A stretch of 63,881 nt of DNA, the filler included, from Chiloscyllium plagiosum (Eukaryota), in the NCBI RefSeq assembly GCF_004010195.1. It is 5 parts of 2 records of this genome, joined end to end, with 100 filler letters (N's around TTAATTAATTAA, not from the genome) between each part and the next. Parts side by side here need not be neighbours in the genome. Positions count along the whole stretch, not along the records: positions 1 to 19,296 come from NC_057711.1; 4 more parts are not named here. The stretch is one strand, 5' to 3'. The position numbers and the translations under genes were made by a program. Within the stretch, counting starts at the first letter, position 1. Every line of letters begins with the position of its first letter. The notes under the pieces were generated by a model, which was given only the letters and a program-made list of their open reading frames with translations, searched no databases and was not told where the DNA came from. This document shows, one piece after another, positions 1 to 9,955 of this stretch.

Positions 1-1856
1 GATACGATTGCCTACGTGCAGGACAGGGGGGTGGACACCTGCCTGTTCAGCCTGGACCAGGAGAAAGCCTTTGATAGGATATCACACACGTATATGAGAG
101 TTGTTCTCTCCAAAATGGGCTTTGGGGAGGGAATCTGTAATTGGATCAGACTGCTCTACACCAACATTGTCAGTGCAGTCTCAATCATCGGGTGGGACTC
201 AGATAGCTTCCCAGTCAGATCTGGAGTCAGGCAGGGCTGCCCTCTCTCTCCTGCCTTGTTTGTGTGCTGCATAGAGCCAGTTGCCGAATCAATCAGGAAG
301 GATGCGAGCCTGAGAGGGGTGACTATTCCTGGCAGCGGGGGCCTGCAGGTTAAGGCCTCCCTGTACATGGATGACGTCGCCATTTTCTGCTCGGATCCGC
401 TGTCCGTGCGCAGACTCAAGTGCATATGTGACCAGTTCGAACGGGCCTCGGGGGCCAACGTAAACCAAGGCAAGAGCGAGGCCATGCTCTTCGGGAACTG
501 GGCCGACCAATCCTCGATCCCCTTCACCGTCAGGACCGACCATCTGAAGGTGCTGGGTATTTGGTTTGGAGGGGCTGGTGCGTGCGCCAAGTCTTGGGAA
601 GAGCGTATCAGCAAAGTGAGGCAGAAACTGGGCAGATGGAAGCTACGGTCGCTCTCCATCGCGGGAAAAAACCTGGTTATCAGGTGTGAGGCACTGTCAT
701 TGCTATATACGTGTTACAGGTCTGGCCTATTCCCAGAACCTGTGCCGCTGCAGTCACCCGGGCCATCTTCTAGTTTATATGGAGGTCAAAGATGGACTGG
801 GTCCGAAGGGACTCGCTGTACAAAGATCTGGGCAACGGGGGAAAAAATACACCCAATGCCACCCTCACCCTGATGGCCACCTTTGTGTGTGGCTGCATCA
901 AGCTGTGCGTGGATCCCCGGTACGTAAACACCAAGTGTCACTATGTACTGAGGTTCTACCTGTCCCCGGTGTTGCGAAGGATGGGGCTGGCCTCGCTGCC
1001 GCGGAACGCACCGAGTAGTTGGACCGTTCCGTATCACCTGTCCTTCGTGGAGAAGTTTATGAAGAAAAACATCTTTGACCACAAGTCCAACAGGAAATGG
1101 TCAGCACGTAGTGTCCTTGAGACCCTTCGGGAAAAGGAGAGGGCGGATCCTATCGAGCGGTTCCCTGAGCAGATTGTCAAAGCCATTTGGCAGAATGCCT
1201 CATCGCCAGAACTTTCCAACAAGCACCAAGACATGGCTTGGCTGGTGGTGAGAAGGGCTCTGCCTGTGAGATCCTTTATGCACGCCCGGACTCTCAGCCG
1301 CACCGCACGCTGCCCTCGAAGCGGCTGCAGGGGGGAAGAGACTGTCACACACCTCCTTCTGGAATGTGCCATGCAGAAGAAGTCTGGAGAGGAATTTAGT
1401 GGTGTTTGTCGAGGTTCGTTCCGAGCAGCACCGTGACGCGGGACTCCGTGCTCTATGGCCTGTTCCCCGGGACGCACACCGAGACGAGCATCAACTGTGC
1501 CTGGAGGATCATCAACTTGGTGAAAGACGCCCTCTGGGCTGTCCGAAACCTGTCCGGGACTAGGTGTTGAGGGACACGCTGAAGCTTGGGGCACCTGCCG
1601 CCAAGGCGCGGTGGGGAAAGACCACCGTGTAACATCTGCCTGCCTAAAAAGAACAGGGGGCCCACGCAGTCATTTGGGCTCTGCTGACGCCTCAGCTAAA
1701 TGTATGGACATATGATTGATAAGCATACAGACCTGTATATAAAAATGATAAATTCTGATCTCTGTATGTAAATGTTTACGTATGTATGGCATGACCAACT
1801 GTACAGGCCATCAAATTATTTTATGAATAAAGTATATTTTTGCAATATAAAAAAAA
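1..1856 (+). mobile_element. Tx1/L1-clade non-LTR retrotransposon, 3' part (RT, CCHC zinc finger, 3' UTR, poly-A); frameshifted
   Basis: ORF 16-873 has SLDQEKAFDRISH, GVRQGCPLSP and LYMDDV. ORF 792-1436 has CPRSGC..ETVTHLLLEC. AATAAA at 1826-1831 and an A-tail at 1849-1856. Frameshift near 700-790 and an apparent short deletion near 1551. Confidence 0.92.
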
Positions 1857-3017
1857 TCAAAAACAGTGTGACAAGAAGCTCAACATTGAGGTGCTGAAAG
1901 ACCTGGAAAAAAATAACTTCATACAACCAACTCTTCTTCTCAAACCTAGTGATCCTCAGTGACACCAAGTCGCAGGATCCCAACAGCTGACTTGCAGAAC
2001 CAACAGAAAATTATTTAACCTCCAACACCTTCAAACCAAAATGAAACTCACCCGAACCAGTGTCATTGCACTGCTTTATGCGGGTGATGCTTGCGTCTGT
2101 GCAATCTCAGAAGATGTATTCCAGACTATCATCAACACCATTATGGAGGCATATGAGAGCACATGTCTCACCCTGAGTATCCGTAAGACAAAAGTCCTCC
2201 TCCACTCTGGTCTAGTATTGTAGAGCGAAATCCCAATTATCAAGATGCACAGGGAGGTCTTAGAGAAAGCTGACCACTTCCATTACCTTGGGAATGTCCA
2301 CATGATCAAAGCTGATATTGATAAAGGGATCCAGCACTGTCTCTAGACTGCCTGAAGAAAAAGGTTTTCAAGAACAACAACATGATTGACAAGGCTGTAG
2401 TGGTTCCCACCCTCCCATGTGGCTATGAGATATGGATTGTGTCTATAACACATTCCTCAAGATGCTGGAGCAGTACCATCAATCCTGCCTGCATAAAATC
2501 CTGTGAATCTGCTGGGAAGAAAGATACAGCAACACTAGTGTCCTCAACCAGGTCAACATCAACCAGCATTGAGACACTGACCATCCTTGATCGGCTGTGA
2601 TGGGCTGGACATGTCATCTGCATGACTGACATGATAATCCCCAAGCAGTCGCTCCACTCCCAGCTCCAAAATGGCAGGCAACAGAGGAAGCACCTCACTG
2701 ATATCCTCAAGGGTATCAGTGCAGCATTCCCAAAGAGACCAGGGATTCACCCCAAGCCCATCCAAAGTAGAGGAGGAGCATCCAGGAAGGCACTGAGCAC
2801 CTCAAGACTTGCCATTGGGAACAAGTGGAAACCAGGCAAAAACAGCATAAGGTGCGCACTGCCACACCAACGCAGCCCACACCCCTTCCCATGACCACCT
2901 TCTGCCCAACAAGAAACAGAGCCTGAGGAAGCTACATCTGTTTACACAGCCACCTAAGACTCACCCTGAGAGTAAAAGAGAATCATCCTTCTCTGTGAGA
3001 GACCTCCAATGATGATG
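1857..3017 (+). mobile_element. Degraded RTE-clade LINE
   Basis: LLYAGDACVCA.SE..FQTII, F.YLG, KAVVVPTL..GYE.W and WAGHV motifs; 3' end ...ccaatgatgatg typical of RTE tails. Confidence 0.8.
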
Positions 3018-3029
3018 CTCTAGAAAATT

Positions 3030-3895
3030 TTAATGCACATGGCACAAGGTAGTCCATGATCTTCCTGAAGAACAAGCTATTGTGGATGTCATGCAAGTTG
3101 ATGAAGTTGATGGATTAGAGACATAATGGAAGAAACCATCACAGATTACAAACACAACAGTAGTGCAACTGCAACATAGGGATTGTTGAAGCTGAACTTG
3201 AAAAATGTGCAATTGAAGATGCCTGAAGTTAAATACATAGATCGTATACTGACTGCAAAAAGAATTTTGCCCAGATCCTGAAAAGGTGAGAACTGTAGCA
3301 GAGACTTAGTAACCAACAGATATAAAAGAATTGCAATGATTTGTTGGATCTGTGAACTACTTTGCAAAATTCTTGCCTAATTTGTTATCAGAGTGTGTAC
3401 CTCAACTTGAACTCACTCCTAAGGATATGTAGTTGTCTTGGAACAAAGAACAAGAAACAATCTTTAGCAGAATTAAATAACTAGTGATGAAAATGCCAAT
3501 GAGTTAATATTATACATATTATATATGTGAGAATAAAATATGCCTCACCGCAAGGTGACTTCACCATTTAAATATCATACATCAAGAATGAAGTCACCTT
3601 GCAATGAGGCCAGATTTAGTGCAACCCTATGGAGCAAAGATATTAATTGCATTTGGAACTAGACTTGAATGCAAACTGATTAGTGGTTTGCTCAGTTCAA
3701 GGAGTACCTAACTATTCCCTTTGTTTGCGATCAGGTTAATCAGTTCCTATTTGTGAGAGACAAAGTAAGTGTAAAGTCTGGCCACTAACCACTTCAAATC
3801 ATTTTCGTAAAGCCATTTCTGTCTGCCTCAAGTCATCTCCAAAGAATGCACTTTTTATTTGCAGCGATATTATCTGAATGGGGCATACAAGTAAG
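3030..3895 (+). mobile_element. Highly decayed Ty3/Gypsy pol fragment (RT-RNase H)
   Basis: Broken-frame motifs resembling LKLNLKKC, PEVKYI, PDPEKV, VNYFAKFLPNL and LQRM. Confidence 0.65.
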
Positions 3896-3929
3896 TAGTT
3901 CAAGGAGGCATGTGAGGCATACTGGAATA

Positions 3930-5130
3930 ATAATTATAACAATGGAAACCTGAAAGAGTATGAAGGAGAGAGGCTAAAGTTTGAATAAGGAAGGCTGAGA
4001 GGAAGAATGAGAAATGGATTGCAGGCTGCTCTAAAACAAATAGTAAAATGCTCTTCAAACATATTAATTGTGAAAGATTAGCGAAGGATAGAGTGGGGCC
4101 ATTAGGAACAAGCAGAGTTAACACCTCACTGAAACAGACAGTATGTCAGAGGTGCTAAATGATTCCTCTTCTGTCTTTATCAAATTAGAAGGCAGTAATT
4201 ATGGTCCAGTTGAAAATATTGAGCAACAGAACAGTATAGTGATAGCTAAAGAGGAGGTACTATAAAAGCTAGTGGCACTCCAGGTAGAGAGGTCACCAGG
4301 TCCAGATGGGATGTATGTTAGATTAGTAAAGGAATAAATCATGCAGCCATTGACAGAAATTATCCAGGCTTCTCTTAACTTAAGACTAGTCCCAAGGGAT
4401 TGGAGGATTTCAAATGTTGTTTAAGAAAAGGACAAAGGACAACCCCAAGAAACTACAGACCTGTCAGCTTGACATTAATATTGGGAAAACATGTTGGAGG
4501 TCATAATAGAGGAAACATGGATGTCCAATTAGAGAAAAATTAAATTAATACTAGATTGTTATCATGGCTTTGTCAAGGGCAAGTCATGTCTGACAAATTT
4601 AATTGAGTTATTTGATGATGTATCACAGAAAATGGTATAGGTAGTGCTTTGGATGTAATATATTTGGACTTTTATAAAACATTCGATTTGGTGCCACATA
4701 GCAGGTTGGTTAATAAATTAGAAATTTGAGATCATTGGTCCTTGGCAGGACAGATTGGAAATTGGCTAAAAAATAGGAAACAGAGGGTAACTGTAGATGG
4801 TCATTTCCCAGAGAGAAGATGAGTTTAAAGTAGTGTTTTCCAGGGAGCAGTGTTGGGAACTTTGTTTTTTTTTCTGATTTATGTAAACAGTGTTGAAGAC
4901 AAAACCTCTAAATTTGCAGATGATGATAAGCAAGAGAAAATAGTGGATAGTGAAGATGACACTGAGCAGCTTCAGCGGGACATTGACAAGTTGGATAAAT
5001 GGATAAACATCTGACGGATAAATTTCAATACAGATAACTGTGAGGTTATGCATTTTGGCAGGAGAAATATGGAGAGACAATATAGCCTCAATAGTACAAC
5101 TTTGAAGGGAGTACAGGAGCAGAGGGACCT
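3930..5130 (+). mobile_element. CR1/HER1-type LINE fragment (ORF2)
   Basis: SPGPDG, NYRPVSLT, HGFVKGKSCLTNLIE and KFADD motifs, with many stops. Confidence 0.85.
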
Positions 5131-5244
5131 CTAAGTTCAAGACTATAATTATCTGGGTGTGATGCTCTTTGGACGGTTGATATTGACTTGATGGGCCAAA
5201 TGGCCTGCTTCCACTCTGTAGGGATTCTATGATTCTATCAGTAA

Positions 5245-5570
5245 AGTGCTTATTCACCAAACATCCTCAGATAAAACCTTCCAATACCACGATCATTTCC
5301 ATCTTGAAGGACAACGGCAGCAGATAATTCCACCACCTTCAGGTTCCCCTCTAATCCATTTACTATTCTGACTTGGAAACATATAACCTACTTCACTGTC
5401 ACTGGGTCGGCATCCTGGAATTCACTCGCTAATGGCATTGTGAGTGAGCCCACAGCAGGTGGACTGCTGCAGTTCAAGAAGCAGTCACCGCCACCTTCTC
5501 AAGGGCAGCTCAGATCAGGCAATAAATGTTGGCCAGCCAGGAATACCCATATCCCATAACTAAATAAACA
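5245..5570 (+). mobile_element. 3' end of second CR1/L2-group LINE family (family B)
   Basis: Similar to the 3' end of the 23290-25370 copy (..caccacc..caggttccc..; aataaatgttggccagccag tail). Confidence 0.65.
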
Positions 5571-5599
5571 AAATACAACCCAACAAGAAATTGACAATT

Positions 5600-5970
5600 T
5601 TGTAAAATGCAAATATATTCAATGTCCTGGTGAGGTTGTTAATAGATGTGGGTGGAACAAATAGGAATAAATAGTTCTCATTCATGAAAGGGTTAAGAAT
5701 GAAAGCATGAGTTTAAAGTAAGTGGTAAAAGAAGCAAAAGTGACATTGCACACAACAAGCTGTTAGGTTCTGGAATGCACTGCCAACAAATTTGGTGGAG
5801 ACAAGTTCAATTGCAATATTCAAAAGGGACTTAGGTGATAATTTGAAGAGAAAGCATGTGCAGGTATATGGTAGGAGACAGATCACTCGTGCTCGGCAAG
5901 GTACTCATTGAGGGGGCCAATACATGTATTAAGGGCCAAATGGACTCTGTCTGCGCTGTGACAATTCCGT
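5600..5970 (+). mobile_element. Old CR1 3' end
   Basis: tggaatgcactgcc (WNALP) and gggccaaatggactct tail. Confidence 0.6.
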
Positions 5971-6354
5971 CATCCTACTACATAAGTTAAATATAACAAT
6001 TAATGACTGTCCAACAATTTTTTTTGTTTTAGTGCAATGTGTGAAAATTATTAGGAGTCAATGTTTAAAAATAGTCTTAAGGTTTGAAATCTGCAAATGC
6101 TATCAAATTAAAAGTAACAGAAATACATTAGAATTACTTTGGTGCAAAATAAAGTGATACTCTATCATCACAGAGACAATAATTGCTGGAGGGACCCACT
6201 GAAGCGGATATTAAAACAAGCATTTGCGAGGCAATTAAATGTGCTTCTGCAGGAAGAAGAGATACAGACTTATGATTAAGTAAATGAGATAATGCCAGAC
6301 TGAAAATAGTTCTCCAGGAATCCAGTACAAGTACATTAAATGCTTACACCAGAC

Positions 6355-6597
6355 TTTGAAAAGCATATTCTAGGCTTAACAGACAATCAATTCTTCAATG
6401 TATAATTTCAGTTACATCACACTGCAAATTTTTGCTATAAATTCTGTGTTACAATCGAGCCCTCCACAATTACCTGATTAAGGAGCATCGCTCCGAAAGC
6501 TAGTGTGCTTCCAATTAAACCTGTTGGACTATAACTTGGTGTTGTGTGATTTTTAACTTTGTACACCCCAGTCCAACACCGGCATCTCTGAATCATC
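6355..6597 (+). mobile_element. Penelope-like 3' terminal repeat (pLTR) with degenerate hammerhead core
   Basis: Reverse complement of sequence at 17270-17600; CTGATTA-aGGAGC-atc-GCTCC-GAAA at 6474-6498. Confidence 0.7.
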
Positions 6598-6739
6598 AAC
6601 TGCTTAGGTTAGGAAACTCAATAAATGTGGACAATTTCAAATAAAGGAGGGGGGTGCTGTTGAATTACAGCAGCCAATTTTAGCATTGCATTGGACAAAA
6701 CATTCAGCTGGACAAAAGAATAACACACTAGATGCAATG

Positions 6740-8006
6740 CAAAAAAACTGTGAAATGCTACAGAAAGGAAGAAAATTTAACAATGCATCCAGGAGAGCAC
6801 TTTAAATCAGCCATAGAAGGCCCTTCAAGAAAGGGTCAGTCCTGGACTTGAATGTAGATAACAAAGCTGAGCAAGTGATTGAGGTATCAGTGAGGGTGCA
6901 ACAATCATAACTCTGTTGGATTCAGAATTGTTATGGAAAAGTCTAGAATGGGCCTGAAATCTAAGTTCTGAATTGAAGAAAGGCTGATTTTAATAAGATC
7001 AGATGCACTTTGGCCAGAGTGAACTTGAAGAGGATAATTGCAAGCAAATCTATCTCAAAACAGTGAGATGCATTCAAAAAAGAAGCATTGAAAATATATG
7101 GTCAACATATTCCTATAAAGAAAAAGGGTAGGGCCATCATATCCTGTGAATCCTGAATTTTGAGGGATATATTGCATTGGATAAAGAGGAAAGTGGAGAC
7201 TTTTGGCAGATACCAAAGGCTCAAATAGTAGAAGCTCTAGAGGAGTGTAGAATATGCAAGACAAAAGCTTTAAAATAAGTTAGGAAATAGGAAAGCTAAA
7301 TTATGTAATGAAAGGAAGGTGGGTAAAATTTAGGAATATCCTAAGTTGTTTTACAGATGCATTATGGGTATAAGGATAACAAGGGAAGGAGTAGTACCTA
7401 TTATGGATCACTACGCTAATTTGTACATGGAGTCAGATGACATAAGTAGGGTTCTAATTGAATATTTTGTATTATGTTCACTAGTGAGAGGGGTGATATG
7501 GGTACAGAAATCAGGACAAAGGCCTATGATACAATTAAACAAGTTAACAGAGACAGAGAGGAGGCTCTGAGTGATCTGGCAGGCTTAAAATATCCCCACG
7601 TCCAGATGAAATGTATCCCAGGTTGTTGAGTGAGGCTAGGGGGGAAATAGAGGTCATGTTTGAGCAACTTGATTGATTAATTTTTAAAAGGGATCACTAG
7701 ATATGCAGATGTGGGCAACGCTTTTGATTAGTCTACCTGGAATTCAGCTCGGCTTTTGATAAGGTCCCGCATGGGAACTTGCTAGCAAAGGTAAGAGCCT
7801 ATAGGATCCAAGGAAATCTGGCAAATTGGATCCACAATTGGTTGAGTGGCCGGAAGCAAAGAGAGATGGTAGAAAGTTGTTTTTCTGACTGGAAGTATGT
7901 CCCCGATGCATTCCAACGGAGGTCAGTGTCAGGGTCCTTGCTTTTTGTGTTTTATATAAATGATTTAGATTTGAATGTGGGAGGGCAAATCAGTAAGTTT
8001 GCAGAT
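6740..8006 (+). mobile_element. CR1 LINE, 5' part, interrupted by the Gypsy element at the FADD motif
   Basis: AFDKVPH, WIHNWLSGRKQR and ISKFAD end at 8006; the sequence resumes at 16030. Confidence 0.85.
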
Positions 8007-8128
8007 TGCAGTAACTGCACAGAGGCCTGGTTATTGTCACCAAGTCACCCTTTATTTACTTGTGCACACTACAGTAGCAGTGGCCAGCCAGCTCGGAGTC
8101 AGTCTCCTGAATTGAAGAGACTCTATGT

Positions 8129-8200
8129 GGCTTGTTTGTCTAGGGGTATGATTCTTGCTTCGGGTGCGAGAGATCCCAGGTTCATATCCCGGACGAGCCC
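8129..8200 (+). tRNA. tRNA-Pro(CGG) pseudogene, fused to downstream HE1 SINE
   Basis: 72 nt, about 6 substitutions from the vertebrate tRNA-Pro sequence as I recall it (three are CpG transitions); anticodon CGG at 8161-8163; T-loop mutated (GGTTCATATCC); no CCA. Confidence 0.9.
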
Positions 8201-8211
8201 TCATTTCTTGT

Positions 8212-8508
8212 GGGAGGCACGGTTGCACAGTGATTAGCACTGCTGCCTCACAGCGCCAGAGACCCTAGTTCAATTCCTGCCTCAGGCGACTGACTGTGTG
8301 GAGTTTGCACATTCTCCCCGTGTCTGTGTGGGTTTCCTCCAGGTGCTCCGGTTACCTCCCATAGTCCAAAGATGTGCAGGTCGGGTGAATTGGCCATGCT
8401 AAATTGCCCGCAGTGTTAGTAAGGGGTATGGGTGGGTTGCGCTTCGGCAGGTCGGTATGGACTTGTTGGGCCGAAGGGCCTGTTTCCACACTGTAAGTAA
8501 TTTAATCT
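8212..8508 (+). mobile_element. HE1-type tRNA-derived SINE
   Basis: ggcacggt.gcacagtg.ttagcactgctgcctcacag head, V-SINE-like core gtgtggagtttgcacattctcc, gggccgaagggcctgtttcc and aatct tail. Confidence 0.92.
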
Positions 8509-8529
8509 AAATCTCTTGTTTATGCGTTT

Positions 8530-8745
8530 ATTCGTCCACATGGAGCATTACTGGCCTACATACGCAGGGTATTTTTGGCCTAAACACGTGGGTAAATTTC
8601 AGCATAAAAATGGGGCATCTGTGGCTGACTCACATGGAACAACTGTGGCTTACACACATGGAGCAATTTCAGCCTGCGCACGGTGTTTTTGTCCTACACA
8701 TGCCACTTTCGGCCTATGCATGTTGCTGTTGGCACACACATGGAG
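8530..8745. repeat. Degenerate ~22-23 bp minisatellite inside the 3' LTR
   Basis: Recurring tggc(c/t)tacacacatggagca.tt units, roughly 9 copies. Confidence 0.7.
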
Positions 8746-8978
8746 GCCTGGCACAAATAATGGCACAGAGATGGGGTCCCATCACCAAATCACCATTTTT
8801 TCACTCGAAGAGCAGCACACTGGCTTTGGCCAGCAAGCTTGTAGTCAGTCCCTGTAGTGAGGAATTTCTAATTCCCTTGTAAAATAATGGTCAGCCAGTG
8901 CCTCCTGAAAGGCCCAGGTTAACAACCCCAATCGAGGACCTCAAAGTCAACAATGTCCACCTGTTTCCAATTATGACA

Positions 8979-8996
8979 TCCTTCCCCCACTAAATT
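8979..8996 (-). promoter_or_regulatory. Polypurine tract of Gypsy element
   Basis: Minus strand TTTAGTGGGGGAAGGA immediately precedes the 3' LTR start (TGTCA). Confidence 0.8.
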
Positions 8997-9043
8997 GGGG
9001 ATGCAAGCCTGATCTTTCTCTTGTAGCTTTTCCTACAACAGGT

Positions 9044-9761
9044 CTGGTTCTGGCTGTAAGTTTGCTTGCTGAGCTGGAAGGTTCATTTTCACATGTTTCA
9101 TCACCATACTAGGTAACATCATCAGTGAGCCTCCATGAAGCACTGGTGTTATGACCCGCTTTCTATTTATGTATTTAGGTTAGCTGTCATTTCCTATGGT
9201 GATGTCATTTCCTGTGGTAATGTCATTTCTGGTTCTTTTTCTCAGACGGAGGTAAATGGGGTGCATGTTGACAGCAGCTAATGAATTGAAAGACCCTATA
9301 TAGACAGCAAGCAAAACAAACATCATTTACAGAATACTTGGTGAGAACTGTAACAAACACTACATTGGATAAACAGGCAGAAAACTAGCTACCAGGGTAC
9401 ATGAACATCAACTAGCCACAAAAGGACATGACCCACTATCATTAGTATCCTTACATACAGATGAGGAAGGACACCACTTTGACTGGGACAACCCATCTGT
9501 CCTAAGACAAGCCAAACAGAATACATACACGAGGATTCCTAGAAGCATGACATTCTAACTGGAACTCTAAAAAACACATCACCAGCCCAAGGAAATCTAA
9601 ATACATAATTAGAAAGCAGACAGTAACACTAATGCTTCACCGAAAGCTCACTGATGTGCTATCTAGTATCGTGATGAAGTGTCTGAAAATGAACCTTACA
9701 GCACAGCAAGCAAACTTACATCCAGGACTGCAACCTGAACTGCAATCTCCTCAAAACTCAC
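9044..9761 (+). mobile_element. Penelope-like element (Poseidon-like GIY-YIG 3' end) with inverted 5' terminal repeat
   Basis: HYIG.TGRKLATRVHEHQLA..HFDWDN on +; 9044-9260 is an inverted copy of the 3' repeat; flanking 8-bp duplication caacaggt (9036-9043, 9762-9769). Confidence 0.85.
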
Positions 9762-9827
9762 CAACAGGTGAGTCGGACTCTGACATGGTTGCTGTGTTCC
9801 GGACTATAGACTGTCTCTTACATCCAG

Positions 9828-9955
9828 GTGGAACTGAGGACTGCAGATGCTGGAAAGCAGAGTCAAGAGTGTGGTGCTGGAAAAGCACAGCAGGTCAGGC
9901 AGTATCAGAGAAGCAGGAAAATCAATATTTTGAGCAAAAGCTCTTCATCGGAAAT
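9828..9955 (-). mobile_element. Short Penelope-associated terminal-repeat fragment
   Basis: ctgcagatgctgga..gctggaaaagcacagcaggtcaggcag motif; imperfect ~15-bp flanking duplication gtct(c/t)tt(a/t)catccag. Confidence 0.7.

Larger units (their letters stand above)
8007..8978 (-). repeat. 3' LTR of Gypsy element (expanded by insertions)
   Basis: Starts tgcagtaactgcacagaggc and ends ccaattatgaca; homologous to 13622-16029; adjacent to the polypurine tract. Confidence 0.88.

Noticed and set aside
156..659. Long antisense ORFs over retroelements (also 1034-1594, 40586-41397, 63434-63763)
   Set aside because: They are shadows of LINE or Penelope coding strands with no independent protein motifs.
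8129..8200. tRNA-Pro as a functional gene or as the Gypsy primer-binding site
   Set aside because: It has T-loop and stem mutations, lies inside the LTR rather than at the PBS position, and is absent from the other LTR.
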